Program-made: the position numbers and the translations under genes
In this document: one piece after another, positions 1-10,618 of the stretch
How the letters are laid out: every line of letters begins with the position of its first letter
Position numbering within the stretch: the stretch's first letter is position 1
Assembly (NCBI GenBank): GCA_964637915.1
Contig: CAZWXN010000001.1
Coordinates: 4,152 to 68,151, forward strand
Length of the DNA: 64,000 nucleotides
Reading direction: 5' to 3'
Source: an uncultured Nitrososphaeria archaeon
GTDB lineage: Archaea; Thermoproteota; Nitrososphaeria_A; Caldarchaeales; Wolframiiraptoraceae
The notes under the pieces: model-generated
The model's input: the letters and a program-made list of their open reading frames with translations, nothing else
What the model was told of the DNA's origin: nothing
Database searches by the model: none

Positions 1-348
1 ACGAATCTCACCGCGCAGCGCTCGCATCCAAGCCTCTTACCACAGCCACACTCCTCCGGGGGCACATAACGATCTATATCCGAGATAAATGGTATCAGTG
101 AGATCCTATGCACCAGCACATCATTTGGCATGCTGGAGCTATTCTCTATTATCAAAACCTCCTCAATCGCCATGGTTGGAACCTCATTAATCGCCATACG
201 CCTAATAGCATTCGCGACCGCTAGGGGAACCCCCGACAACAATACCCTAACGCTCTTATCATCCTCCTCCAAAAGCTTGACCGATATCATGAGCCGAGCA
301 TCCGGCCTCGAAGGCAGGCTAAAAGCATTTCGCACAAACACGTAGGAG

Positions 349-1350
349 CTATGTTACGTAAAAGCAGGCCACATAATGATCCTTTTCAGCCTCCCTTAAC
401 TCGGGCTCTTCTCTTCGACAAATCTCTCCTGCAATCGGGCACCTCGGATGAAATCGACAACCAAGAGGAGGATTAATTGGGTTGGGAACCTCACCCTTTA
501 ACTCCACCCTCTTAGGCTCCTTCAATGGTCTTGGAACTGGTATCGATGTCAGCAGCGCTTTGGTATAAGGATGGAGCGGATTTTCAAAGACTAGTTCCGA
601 CGGGCCGTGCTCAACGATCTTCCCAAGGTACATGACCGCTATTCTATCCGCAATATACCTCGCCACTGCAAGGTCATGGGTTATGAATATGTATGTTAAG
701 TTAAACTCCTGCTTAAGCATTAACATGAGGTCTAGAATCGAGGCCCGGAGCGAGACATCAATCATCGAGACCGGCTCATCCGCGACAACAAGTTCCGGCT
801 TCAAGACTATTGCACGCGCTATTGCAACCCTCTGCCTCTGACCCCCGCTAAGCGCCCGTGGATAAGCATTATAGAATTTCTCCGGAGGCGTTAAGCCAAC
901 CTGCTCCAAAGTCTTCATCACAATGTCCCTAAGCTCGCTCCCCTGCGCCAACCCATGAATCTTCAATGGATGAGCAACCTGCTCGCCTATAGGCATCCGT
1001 GGATTAAGCGAGGCATATGGGTCTTGGAATATTATCTGCATCTTTCTCCTAAGTCTTCTGAGCTCCTTGCCCCGCAGATCTGTTATATCCATGCCATTAA
1101 AGATGATCCTTCCGGAAGTTGGATCGATGAGCCTGACTATTAGACGGCCGAGGGTGGTTTTTCCACAACCACTTTCCCCAACAAGAGCTAAGGTCTCGCC
1201 ACGCCAAACAGTTAAGCTTACACCGTCAACCGCCTTGACAAACAGCTTCTCCCTAGCTAGAAGCCTCTCTAAGAAGCTCTTCTGAACTGGGAACCACTTA
1301 CGGATATTCATCAGCCTTAAGATTTCATACACCACTCTCCAACCCCCCAT
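349..1350 (-). CDS. Oligopeptide/dipeptide ABC transporter ATP-binding protein (OppF/DppF-like)
   Basis: Walker [13 protein letters not shown] signature LSGGQRQRV, Walker B, C-terminal Opp-type extension; last gene of a 5-gene opp/dpp operon on the minus strand. Confidence 0.85.
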   Translation of the reverse strand: MGGWRVVYEILRLMNIRKWFPVQKSFLERLLAREKLFVKAVDGVSLTVWRGETLALVGESGCGKTTLGRLIVRLIDPTSGRIIFNGMDITDLRGKELRRLRRKMQIIFQDPYASLNPRMPIGEQVAHPLKIHGLAQGSELRDIVMKTLEQVGLTPPEKFYNAYPRALSGGQRQRVAIARAIVLKPELVVADEPVSMIDVSLRASILDLMLMLKQEFNLTYIFITHDLAVARYIADRIAVMYLGKIVEHGPSELVFENPLHPYTKALLTSIPVPRPLKEPKRVELKGEVPNPINPPLGCRFHPRCPIAGEICRREEPELREAEKDHYVACFYVT

Positions 1351-2410
1351 TATATAAATGGCATCTAACTATTCTACCATCTAACTCCAGTGATCTCGGT
1401 GGAATGCTTTTGCACACATTCATCGCCCTAGGACATCTAGGCCAGAATCTGCAACCAGCTGGCGGGTTCATCATGTCTGGCGGGCTTCCAGGAATATAAA
1501 CCAGCTTGGTTCTAGGCTTTTCAACATCAGGTATAGACTCCAATAGAAGTTGAGTGTAAGGATGTAACGGCTCCTGAGATACCCTCTCTGAGGAGCCCAC
1601 CTCACATAGCTCACCCGCATACATGACAGCCACCCTATCACTTCTCTCGATCACCAGCGCCAGGTCATGGGTTATTAGGAGTATCGCCATTTTCATACTC
1701 CTCTTCAGATCAGATAATAAATCCATTATCCTTGACTGAACTATTACATCAAGGGCTGTTGTCGGCTCATCAGCAATCAGTAAATCCGGATTAAGCATGG
1801 TCGCCATAGCGATCATTACCCTCTGCCTCATCCCGCCGCTAAGCTGATGTGGATAATCATCAAATCTATCAAGAGCTATGCCAACGCGCTCTAAAGCTCT
1901 CAACGCAATCTCCTTAGCTTCTTCCTTATTAACGCGTGTATGCACCATTATAGTCTCAACAAGTTGATCACCAATTTTACGTAAAGGATCCAAGGAAGTT
2001 AGGGGGTCTTGAAAAATCATTCCGATGTGTTTTCCACGTATATTCCTGAGTTCTTTTTCAGGGAGTTTTAGCAGGTTCGTTTTTCGAAAAATAATTTCAC
2101 CATCAACTATTCTACCTGGTGGTGGAATGAGGCGCACTATTGATAAGCCTAAGCTGGATTTACCAGAGCCGGATTCCCCGACTAATCCGAGGAGCTCGCC
2201 CCTACTGATTGAGAGGGATACATTATCAACAGCTCTAATGACACCCTCTCTAGTGAAGTAGTATGCTTTCAGGTTTCTTATCTTAAGAATCTCTTCCACT
2301 AAGCCCTCACCTCCCTTGCTTGAAAATATCCAGCTACGCTTTCGCCGATGAAGGTAAATCCTACAGCCAATATCATTATCATTAAGCCCGGGAATGTTAT
2401 TAGCCACCAA
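1325..2410 (-). CDS. Oligopeptide/dipeptide ABC transporter ATP-binding protein (OppD/DppD-like)
   Basis: Walker A GESGSGKSS, signature LSGGMRQRV, C-terminal OppD-type Cys-containing extension; start overlaps OppF by 26 nt (translational coupling). Confidence 0.85.
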   Translation of the reverse strand: MVANNIPGLNDNDIGCRIYLHRRKRSWIFSSKGGEGLVEEILKIRNLKAYYFTREGVIRAVDNVSLSISRGELLGLVGESGSGKSSLGLSIVRLIPPPGRIVDGEIIFRKTNLLKLPEKELRNIRGKHIGMIFQDPLTSLDPLRKIGDQLVETIMVHTRVNKEEAKEIALRALERVGIALDRFDDYPHQLSGGMRQRVMIAMATMLNPDLLIADEPTTALDVIVQSRIMDLLSDLKRSMKMAILLITHDLALVIERSDRVAVMYAGELCEVGSSERVSQEPLHPYTQLLLESIPDVEKPRTKLVYIPGSPPDMMNPPAGCRFWPRCPRAMNVCKSIPPRSLELDGRIVRCHLYNGGLESGV

Positions 2411-3153
2411 TAACCTGATAGCAAATATGGGTGGCCGGCTTTTAAGTCGAATCCCCAGTCTGGTGTTGGCGCTGGAACGCTTAGTCCGAAGAAGCTTAAA
2501 GCTGCCTCGGTTAGAACAACGTCCGCCACGCTTAGGGTGAAGACTACAGTGATTATTGAAATCACATTTGGGAAAATATATCTCGCGAGAATCGTCATAT
2601 GATTGGCTCCTATAGCCCTAGCTGCCTCAACATATAGTTGCTCCTTTATACTTAACGTCTGACCTCTCACCATCCTAAAATATGTAGGAACGTAAACAAT
2701 TGCAATCGCTATTGCCGTGTTGATGATCCCGGGCCCCAACGCCGCCGCCATAGCTATCGCTAGAATCAAGCTAGGGAACGCATAGATAGCATCCATAATC
2801 ATGCTTAGGATCCTATCTAGTAAGCCGCCGACATAACCTGAGATTAAGCCGAGTGGAACTCCCATTAGCATCGAGATCGCTGTCGAAAGTAAGACTACTA
2901 TAAGGATCGTTCTAGCACCATATACTATCCTACTCCACATATCTTGTCCTATCTTGTTTGTCCCAAGAGGATGTTCCCAGCATGGCGGCTGGAAGCCCGG
3001 ACCCACAGTTCTCGTGGGGTCGTAGGGTGTTAAGAGTGGAGCAAATATTGCGAGAAATACTACGAACATTACCATGCCCACGCCAACCCATCCTAAGGTA
3101 CTCAACTTGACTTTGGGGACAAGCTTCACGAGAATTGGCCGAAACGTGTACAT
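2299..3153 (-). CDS. Peptide ABC transporter permease (OppC/DppC-like)
   Basis: Multi-TM protein with BPD_transp_1 EAA-like loop (EAARAIGAN). Confidence 0.8.
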   Translation of the reverse strand: MYTFRPILVKLVPKVKLSTLGWVGVGMVMFVVFLAIFAPLLTPYDPTRTVGPGFQPPCWEHPLGTNKIGQDMWSRIVYGARTILIVVLLSTAISMLMGVPLGLISGYVGGLLDRILSMIMDAIYAFPSLILAIAMAAALGPGIINTAIAIAIVYVPTYFRMVRGQTLSIKEQLYVEAARAIGANHMTILARYIFPNVISIITVVFTLSVADVVLTEAALSFFGLSVPAPTPDWGFDLKAGHPYLLSGYWWLITFPGLMIMILAVGFTFIGESVAGYFQAREVRA

Positions 3154-3164
3154 AGCATCACCTC

Positions 3165-4223
3165 CTAGTATCTTATCCTCGGATCTATGTACGCGTAGAG
3201 TATGTCGACTACTAGGTTGATTAGTGAGATTATTATTGCGAAGAATACCACCGTGCCTTGGACTGTCGTATAGTCTCTGTATTCTATTCTCTCGAAGAGG
3301 AATGTCCCCATACCCGGCCAGCTGAATGTGGTTTCCGTGAGAATCGCCCCCGTCATTAGGAGGGCGAGCTGAAGTCCCATCATGGTCATTATCGGGATGA
3401 ATGCGTTCCTGAGGACGTGGATCACGAGCCTATGCTCTGGTATCCCGCGAGCCCTAGCAGCGATAACAAAATCCTGCCTCATTACCTCCTCGACACTGGT
3501 CCTAGCAACTCTGCTAAAGACCCCAGAAATGACAAGCCCTAGGGTTAGAGATGGAAGGATTATATGCCTCAGGGCACTCACAAAGCTATCCCACCTCCCG
3601 GTAAGAATGCTGTCTAAGAGGTAGAGCCCTGTGATCATGGGGGGCTCAAGCCCCGGATCTATTCTTCCTCCAACCGGGAGAACTTTAAGCCAAACTGCGA
3701 ATAGTAGCTGGAACATCATGCCTATCCAAGGTATAAAGAGCGCATATGTGATCGCGCTATAGATCTTGACCGCGGAGTTTGTCTTTCCACCCTTCCAGCC
3801 CCCTAGAGTGCCCAATGCCACCCCGAGGATTATGCTGACCAAGAAGCCCGCTATCGCGAGCTCTATTGTTGCTGGAAGATGTTCCATTATTTCGACCAAG
3901 ACAGGTCTTTTACCCCAGATCAAAGATCTACCGAAATCGCCTCTAAAGAGATTTGCAAGATAATTGAGGTACTGTATTGGTAGGGGTATCGCATTTCCAG
4001 ACTCATCAATAAGACCCAAGGCTTTTCTAAGCTCCAGTACTCTCTCCGGAGGAGCCTTCATCCCAACAATCGCAATGACGGGATCACCGGGCATCACGCG
4101 CATGATGAAGAAGACTAAAGAGACCAATAGCAGTATCGTCGGTATCACCAGCAAAAGCCTAGCAATTACAAAGACCTTAAGCGACGTCACCTCAGCATCA
4201 CACCACCTTATGTCCTTATGCAA
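3165..4223 (-). CDS. Peptide ABC transporter permease (OppB/DppB-like)
   Basis: Multi-TM permease, conserved permease loop (VIAARARGIPE), adjacent to OppC. Confidence 0.8.
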   Translation of the reverse strand: MHKDIRWCDAEVTSLKVFVIARLLLVIPTILLLVSLVFFIMRVMPGDPVIAIVGMKAPPERVLELRKALGLIDESGNAIPLPIQYLNYLANLFRGDFGRSLIWGKRPVLVEIMEHLPATIELAIAGFLVSIILGVALGTLGGWKGGKTNSAVKIYSAITYALFIPWIGMMFQLLFAVWLKVLPVGGRIDPGLEPPMITGLYLLDSILTGRWDSFVSALRHIILPSLTLGLVISGVFSRVARTSVEEVMRQDFVIAARARGIPEHRLVIHVLRNAFIPIMTMMGLQLALLMTGAILTETTFSWPGMGTFLFERIEYRDYTTVQGTVVFFAIIISLINLVVDILYAYIDPRIRY

Positions 4224-4262
4224 AGAATGAATTTCGGATGAGAAAAATAAAAGTTTGGGGTG

Positions 4263-5984
4263 TTAAACAAAGGAACAGCTGGCGGCTAAACCGAATTCAA
4301 GCTCGGTGGTTCCTGGAATATATCTCATCATACCGGTCATAATGTTGTTCAAGACTTCCCACGTGAAGAAGTCGTAAGCATTTGCCGGATCCAAATCTGT
4401 TACCTTATCGGTAACGCCTATTATAATACGATCCGCGATCCGGCCGCCCTCTTCCTTGTAGATTAGCCAGTATCTAAGTAATAGCGTTGGATCTAAAACC
4501 ACTCCCTTAACACCCTTCCTATAAGCAATTTCCAGCTTACCTTGAGCAAATGGCACTATTACGGCATCCTCAGCCCAAATGTCCTGGATTCTCTCGTATA
4601 ATATGGTTCTCTCTTCGATTGAAGTCTTTATTCTGGCCTCGACCAGCAGTTTGCCCAGCTCCTCGCTCACGTAAGCATTACCCAGCCATCTACCAGCCTC
4701 ATTAACAAATGGCGAGGTATAGTCGTCTGGATCAATATAGTCCGGATACCAGCCGTATAAGGAGGCTCCTAGCATTCTATTTCTTGTGTAATCTAGATAC
4801 GTGGTCCACTCCGCGCTCTTAAGCTCGACTTCAACAATTCCGATTTCCTCCCATTGCTGCTTTATCATCGTTGCGACATCAACTTCAGTGTCTCCATAAT
4901 GTGTCGGCGTATACCATAGCTCTATCTTAAGCTTGTTAGACGAGCTGTAGCCGGCCTCTTCCAGAAGCTTTCTAGCTAGCTCGAGGTTCCGGTCACCATA
5001 CTTTTCCTTGAAGGAATCCTTATGACTCCACATGCCCATAGGCACCATGCTGTAGAGTGGCTCATAGGTTCCAAGATAGACCTTCTCACAGATCGCTTTT
5101 CTATCAAGCGCGGCTGCAAGAGCCTTTCTAACTCTTGGATCGTCAAATGGTGGTATATGCATGTTAAATACTATGTATCTTATGGCTCCTCCCGGTGCTT
5201 CAAGAACCTCTATCCCCTCCTTCTTTTTCAAGTCCTGTATATCGGTTGGTCTAAGAGTTCTCCAAGCAATATCGACCTCACCCGCCTCTAAGGCCATTCT
5301 GAGAGCCGTGGCGTCCTTGTAAAATTTCACAATTACCTGCTTAGTCTTCGGCATCCCGGCAAACCAGTGTGGATTCGCTTCTAAAACAAGCTCAACATCT
5401 CTTGTCCATTTTATAATCTTATAAGGTCCCGCACCGCCTGCTGTTTGGTCACTATCAATCTCATCTGGCTTATAAGCGGGATGAACTGGGAAGTATGTCG
5501 GAACAGCTAATAGTGCAGGGAAGAATGCAACCGGCTCCTTCAACGTGAACTTAACGGTATTGTCGTCTAAGGCTTTCCAATCGTCTAGGAAGTCTAGGAC
5601 GAACCATGCTGGATCACCTTCTATCTTCGCTACCCTGTCGATAGATCTGACCACATCATGCGCTGTTAATGGTGTTCCATCAGCAAAATAGAGACTTGGC
5701 CTAAGCCTTACAATATATTCCTTCCCAATAGCAGGTGAAGGAACAGTAATGGTTGGTGATACTGTGACTGTTTTCGTCGATGTTATCGTTGTTGCGATTG
5801 TTTCACGCCTTGTTTCGGTTACTGTGGTTGTTGGAGTGGTTGCGCTCCCCGCAAAATAGCCCGCAACGCCTCCAGCAATTCCTGCAACGATAATCCCTGC
5901 AGCAACTTTCCCAGCGGTTGTTAATGCTTCCCGCCTAGTTAATTTCCTCTTCTCATCCGCACCCATGATGTTCTCCTCAGTCAT
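4263..5984 (-). CDS. Extracellular solute-binding protein family 5 (OppA/DppA-like), membrane-anchored with Thr-rich stalk
   Basis: 573 aa; N-terminal TM segment followed by a Thr-rich linker (TTPTTTVTETRRETIATTITSTKTVTVSPTITV), then an SBP_bac_5-like body; first gene of the opp operon. Confidence 0.8.
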   Translation of the reverse strand: MTEENIMGADEKRKLTRREALTTAGKVAAGIIVAGIAGGVAGYFAGSATTPTTTVTETRRETIATTITSTKTVTVSPTITVPSPAIGKEYIVRLRPSLYFADGTPLTAHDVVRSIDRVAKIEGDPAWFVLDFLDDWKALDDNTVKFTLKEPVAFFPALLAVPTYFPVHPAYKPDEIDSDQTAGGAGPYKIIKWTRDVELVLEANPHWFAGMPKTKQVIVKFYKDATALRMALEAGEVDIAWRTLRPTDIQDLKKKEGIEVLEAPGGAIRYIVFNMHIPPFDDPRVRKALAAALDRKAICEKVYLGTYEPLYSMVPMGMWSHKDSFKEKYGDRNLELARKLLEEAGYSSSNKLKIELWYTPTHYGDTEVDVATMIKQQWEEIGIVEVELKSAEWTTYLDYTRNRMLGASLYGWYPDYIDPDDYTSPFVNEAGRWLGNAYVSEELGKLLVEARIKTSIEERTILYERIQDIWAEDAVIVPFAQGKLEIAYRKGVKGVVLDPTLLLRYWLIYKEEGGRIADRIIIGVTDKVTDLDPANAYDFFTWEVLNNIMTGMMRYIPGTTELEFGLAASCSFV

Positions 5985-6115
5985 GTTCTTGTCAAATTTG
6001 TGTTAATGCTTTTGCTGCCTGATAAACTTTATCCTATTCTCCCCACGCGCCCCTTATACACTAATCGAGATAAACTCCTCAAAGCTATATTCTCCTAGAG
6101 GGATCTGATTACCTG

Positions 6116-6655
6116 ATGCTTAGGGTTAGTGGCTCGGTTATTGAGCTTGTTAAGGGCGATATCACGGAGCTTGAGGTTGATGCTATTGTTAATGCCGCTA
6201 ACTCGAGCCTTAAGATGGGTGGCGGTGTTGCTGGAGCCATCCTGAGGAAGGGTGGATGGAGCATTCAGGAGGAATGTGATAGGATTGGATACTGCCCGGT
6301 TGGTGGCGCTGTGATCACGGGCGCTGGAAGGCTTAAGGCGAGATACGTGATCCACGCGGTTGGCCCGAGGATGGGCGAGGGCGATGAGGATAATAAGCTC
6401 CGCAGCGCGACCCTAAACTCCCTAAAGCTTGCGGAGCAGCATAATGTCAGGAGCATAGCATTCCCCGCGATCTCAACCGGTATATTTGGCTTCCCGAAAG
6501 ATAGATGTGCGAAGATAATGCTGAGGACGGCGGTGGAGTATCTCCAGAAGGGCAGCAGGATCGAGAGGATCATCTTCTGCCTCTATGATGATGAGACCTA
6601 TAGGATATTCGAGGAGGAGATTGAGAGGATAAAGAGGGAGCTCGGACAGGCTTAG
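6116..6655 (+). CDS. Macro domain protein (ADP-ribose / O-acetyl-ADP-ribose binding/processing)
   Basis: VNAANSSLKMGGGVAGAI motif typical of Macro/Appr-1-p domain; 179 aa. Confidence 0.8.
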   Translation: MLRVSGSVIELVKGDITELEVDAIVNAANSSLKMGGGVAGAILRKGGWSIQEECDRIGYCPVGGAVITGAGRLKARYVIHAVGPRMGEGDEDNKLRSATLNSLKLAEQHNVRSIAFPAISTGIFGFPKDRCAKIMLRTAVEYLQKGSRIERIIFCLYDDETYRIFEEEIERIKRELGQA

Positions 6656-6673
6656 TGGTGCTGCATCACCTCT

Positions 6674-7525
6674 TCAAGTGATGTATAATGGTCCGCCATG
6701 CTGCTCATCATACATTCTCTCAATCTCCTCGACTATTCTCCTCAAGTCCGCGTTCTCCTCCATGGCCCTGCTCATTGCCTGCTTGAGCGAGTCGGCCATC
6801 ATCTTAAGCTCGCTAAGATCTACTGTTATCCTCATCAGCTCGGTGAGCTTCATGGCTAGATGATAGGCGGCTATCGCGTTCGGATGCTGCATATAGGCTG
6901 GCGTATGAGCCCAGAGGCCCACAGCCTCGACCCCAACCTCCCTCGCCCTCAACATCAGATAACTATGGATGCTTGCTGGCCCATTATACTCCGTTAGATC
7001 CAGCCCGGATAACTTTATCTCAGCCCTCAAATGCTCCATGTTCACGACCGCAGAGATCTTCGTCCTGCGGGTATGTGGGACCTGATCTAGGACACCGCCC
7101 ACCAGATACATTCTCTTGGCGGATAACATGCTGCAGAGATCTAGTATCATGTTGGAGAACTCCCTCCAGCGGAGGCCTGGCTCCACGCCGCTAAATATCA
7201 TGAGAGATGCATTTTGCCCCTTATCCATCCAATAGTATATTACGGCTCCAGGCATCTGAAGCCTCTCGATCAGCGCACCCCTTATCTCAACAAATGGCCT
7301 GCTTGTCGTCAAGTCATGAATCTCAGAGTAATCGATCTCCATGATCTTCTCGGCATCGAGCGCCCTAGCGAAGTACTCGACAGTGAGTGAGGCGACCCTG
7401 CCGGCATCAGGCCAGCCGCTAAAGCCGAGCAACATGTAACGCTTCTCGGCAGATCTTCCATTCTTTACCTTCTTCTCGACCTCTCTGGGAATTTCTAGGA
7501 ACATTAGGACACCTGACGCGAACAT
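6674..7525 (-). CDS. PAC2-family (proteasome assembly chaperone-like) protein
   Basis: LLGFSGWPDAG ... IFSGVEPGLRW pattern resembling archaeal PAC2/PbaA-like proteins; assignment from memory of the family consensus. Confidence 0.45.
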   Translation of the reverse strand: MFASGVLMFLEIPREVEKKVKNGRSAEKRYMLLGFSGWPDAGRVASLTVEYFARALDAEKIMEIDYSEIHDLTTSRPFVEIRGALIERLQMPGAVIYYWMDKGQNASLMIFSGVEPGLRWREFSNMILDLCSMLSAKRMYLVGGVLDQVPHTRRTKISAVVNMEHLRAEIKLSGLDLTEYNGPASIHSYLMLRAREVGVEAVGLWAHTPAYMQHPNAIAAYHLAMKLTELMRITVDLSELKMMADSLKQAMSRAMEENADLRRIVEEIERMYDEQHGGPLYIT

Positions 7526-7597
7526 GGGCTTCGGGGGATTTTAGGGTATCGGCCACTGAGCACCTGCTTAAATTCTCCAAAGATAATCGGCTACAGG

Positions 7598-8116
7598 GTG
7601 CTTGATGGTATGGAGATCCGATTACAGCCTATAGGATATGTGGAGACTGACTATGGTGATGAGGAGATTTTGGAGGCCTGGCCCCATGGTGTCGAGGGTA
7701 GAATCATAATCTATCCGAGGTTCTCTAATGGGCTCATGGGCTTGGAGGGCTTCTCCCATATAATAGCCGTTGCCTGGCTTCATAAGATCCCGGAGGAGGC
7801 TAGGATGACCCTCAAGGTCAGGTTCAGGAGGCTGGTCAGGCTGGGGCTAAACATAGAGGAGGTTCCGGAGGTTGGGGTCTTCTGCTCCGACTCGCCACAT
7901 AGGCCCAACCCGATAGCATTAACGATATTAAGGCTCAAGAGGGTTGATGGAAATGTGCTCCAAGTCTCGGGGCTCGACCTTTACAATGGGACGCCGATAC
8001 TGGATCTAAGAGCCTATACCCCATCATATTCTATAGAGGGCTATGTATTGCCGGACTGGTATACTGGATTGCTGGAGAAGCTTAGAGGAATTAGAATAAG
8101 CTGGGATAAGCTTTGA
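7598..8116 (+). CDS. TsaA/TrmO (YaeB) family SAM-dependent tRNA methyltransferase-like protein
   Basis: PIGYVETDY N-terminus, GLEGFSHIIAVAWLH, GVFCSDSPHRPNPIALT, GTPILDLRAYTP motifs of the TsaA/YaeB fold. Confidence 0.7.
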   Translation: MLDGMEIRLQPIGYVETDYGDEEILEAWPHGVEGRIIIYPRFSNGLMGLEGFSHIIAVAWLHKIPEEARMTLKVRFRRLVRLGLNIEEVPEVGVFCSDSPHRPNPIALTILRLKRVDGNVLQVSGLDLYNGTPILDLRAYTPSYSIEGYVLPDWYTGLLEKLRGIRISWDKL

Positions 8117-8247
8117 GAAGGGGGCTCTACAGCCACCACGTTCACAGGAAACACACGTTGGGTATTAAGTGGTTTTCTTCATAAAGGTGTCATAATCAGG
8201 ATGTGGGGTTTAAGGTTAATAGGAGGCACGCGTGATTCCTAAATGGC

Positions 8248-9231
8248 ATGGCCGAGGTTTCCCGAGCTTCTTCACAGGGGGTTAGAATCTCGCTACTGAA
8301 GCTCAGGCTCTCAATGATAGGCGTATGGGCGCTTATAACAGGCCTAGCAACGCTCATCATTACGGCTATCTTGCTTTATCTTGGGTTCCCGATAATCGGC
8401 ATCTATGGGATACTTGGGTTCGTCGTCGCATTACATTTCTTCCAGTGGCTTATAGGCCCCTATATCGTCAACGCGATTTACCGGGTGAGGGACCTTAGGC
8501 CCGGCGAGTATCCATGGCTGCGTGAGGCGGTTGAGAGGATCTCGGCGAGAAGCGGCTTAAAGCCTCCGAAGATCATGATAGCCGAGATAGATATACCGAA
8601 TGCATTCGCCTATGGGAGCCCGTTGACGGGCAACATGGTCGCAGTTACTAGGGGCTTGCTGAGATCCCTAGAGCGGGAGGAGGTTGAGGCCGTGATAGGC
8701 CATGAGCTGGGCCATCTAAAGCACCGGGACATGGTAGTCATGATGATGATCAGCCTCATACCCGCCCTCATCTACTACATCGGATACACGTTATACGTCT
8801 CCGGCTGGCTTAGTGGAGGCCGGAGCAGGGAGGGTGGTGGAGGCGGCATCGCCATCCTGATAGGGATACTATTGATGGCCCTCAGCTTCATCTTCAACCT
8901 CTTCGTCTATTACATGAGTAGGCTTAGGGAGTATTATGCGGACTCGCACGCCGCCCTCAACGTGGAGAATGGCGCCAAGAGACTCCAGAGAGGGCTCGTC
9001 AAGATAATGGCCGTATCCGGCAGAATCCCGAGATCCATCAGGAGCAAGCATGACCAGCTCAAGATGTTCTTCATTTCAGACCCAGATGTGACCATAAAGG
9101 CTTACGGCGACATTGACACATTGATAGAGGAGATTAAGAGGGAGAAGCCGAGCCTGATCCTAGAGCTATTCAGTACCCATCCACATCCCGCGAAGAGGCT
9201 GAGGTTCCTAGACCGGTTCATAACGGCTTGA
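8248..9231 (+). CDS. htpX: M48 family zinc metalloprotease HtpX homolog
   Basis: HEXXH motif HELGHLKHRD, multiple TM segments flanking the catalytic domain. Confidence 0.8.
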   Translation: MAEVSRASSQGVRISLLKLRLSMIGVWALITGLATLIITAILLYLGFPIIGIYGILGFVVALHFFQWLIGPYIVNAIYRVRDLRPGEYPWLREAVERISARSGLKPPKIMIAEIDIPNAFAYGSPLTGNMVAVTRGLLRSLEREEVEAVIGHELGHLKHRDMVVMMMISLIPALIYYIGYTLYVSGWLSGGRSREGGGGGIAILIGILLMALSFIFNLFVYYMSRLREYYADSHAALNVENGAKRLQRGLVKIMAVSGRIPRSIRSKHDQLKMFFISDPDVTIKAYGDIDTLIEEIKREKPSLILELFSTHPHPAKRLRFLDRFITA

Positions 9232-9301
9232 ATCTTAGCGAAAAGCTTATCCCCAATCCGTATTTTTCAGGCGATCAGAGAGGGGCTGGAGGCGGACCTA
9301 T

Positions 9302-10618
9302 ATGAGCGCTATAGAGGTTCTTGAGAGGCAGCCTCTCAGGAGGTTCCACTATGCCCTTCTAGCGATCACGAGCCTTGTTTACGGCCTGACGGCGATGAAT
9401 GTCATGATTATCTCTGTCGCTCTCCCGCGCATAAGCGCTGAGTGGTCTCTCAGTCCGCCGGCTGCCGGGCTTCTCGCGAGCTTCGGCTATATCGGGATGT
9501 TCTTGGGCGCTCTCTCAAGCGGCTTCATAGCGGATAGGATTGGGAGAAAGCCCACGATGATAATAATGATCCTGATAGGGTCAGTATTCACGGGGCTCTG
9601 CGGCCTCGCCCCGGGCTATGAGATCATGGCGGCTTTTAGGCTGATAGCGGGCTTCGGGCTCGGGGGAACACTACCACTCCCAGGAGTCTACATGAGCGAG
9701 TATCCGCCGGCCAAGTATAGGGGCAGATTCGTCGGCATCGTTGAGACCGCATGGGTCTATGGAGCGATATTATCCGTCCTCTTCGGCTACATCCTGATAC
9801 CGGAATATGGCTGGAGAGCCGCATTCAATGCCGCCTACATACCATTGATCCTCATACCATTCATAGCCCTCCAAGTCCCCGAGTCGATAAGATTTCTTGA
9901 GAGGAGGGGCCGGATAGAGGAGGTCAAGAGCATATTCAGGAGATATGGGCTCGTCGAGGATGTTGAGGGGCTTGATTTAAGACCGCAGCCAACCCAGAGA
10001 ATCGGGGTCAGGAGGCTGATCTCAGGCGAGTATCTGAGGAGGACGTTGATACTCTGGATGCTCTGGGCCGCCCTCGTATACACATATCACGGGATATTCA
10101 TCTGGTTACCATCAATCTATGCTGAGAGGCTTGGCTTCTCCATCGTAAAGTCCCTCGAATGGGTCCTGATCGTCACCTTGGTGCAGGTTCCCGGCTACTA
10201 TAGCGCCGCTCTGCTCCTAGATAAGGTTGGCAGAAAGCCCATCCTAGCCTTCTATCTAGCTGTCGCCGGCGTCGCATCCCTCCTCCTCTCAACAACCCGC
10301 GACATCAACATGATCCTCATCTATAGCTCTGTGATAAGCTTCTTCAACCTCGGTGCTTGGGCCGGGCTCTATGCCTACACGCCGGAGCTCTATCCGACAG
10401 AGCTTAGGGGGACTGGATCCGGGGCTGCCGCGAGCATCGGTAGAGTCGCGGGCATACTGGCCCCATATCTCACCGGATACCTAATGTATATCAGTGGTGG
10501 AGAGCTCTTCTACGCCTTCCTAGTATTCGCGCTGGTTCATCTCGTGACCGCTGTCGTAACAGGCGCCTTCGGCGAGGAGACTAAGGGCAGGAGGCTTGAG
10601 GAGATCTCGAGGATCTAG
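9302..10618 (+). CDS. MFS transporter
   Basis: 12-TM organisation, MFS motif GFIADRIGRKP / DKVGRKP between TM2-3 and TM8-9. Confidence 0.7.
   Translation: MSAIEVLERQPLRRFHYALLAITSLVYGLTAMNVMIISVALPRISAEWSLSPPAAGLLASFGYIGMFLGALSSGFIADRIGRKPTMIIMILIGSVFTGLCGLAPGYEIMAAFRLIAGFGLGGTLPLPGVYMSEYPPAKYRGRFVGIVETAWVYGAILSVLFGYILIPEYGWRAAFNAAYIPLILIPFIALQVPESIRFLERRGRIEEVKSIFRRYGLVEDVEGLDLRPQPTQRIGVRRLISGEYLRRTLILWMLWAALVYTYHGIFIWLPSIYAERLGFSIVKSLEWVLIVTLVQVPGYYSAALLLDKVGRKPILAFYLAVAGVASLLLSTTRDINMILIYSSVISFFNLGAWAGLYAYTPELYPTELRGTGSGAAASIGRVAGILAPYLTGYLMYISGGELFYAFLVFALVHLVTAVVTGAFGEETKGRRLEEISRI

Noticed and set aside
130-345. 71-aa ORF at the window start
   Set aside because: Low-complexity (S/L/T-rich) translation. 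It lies in what is probably the 3' flank or antisense of a gene truncated by the window edge.
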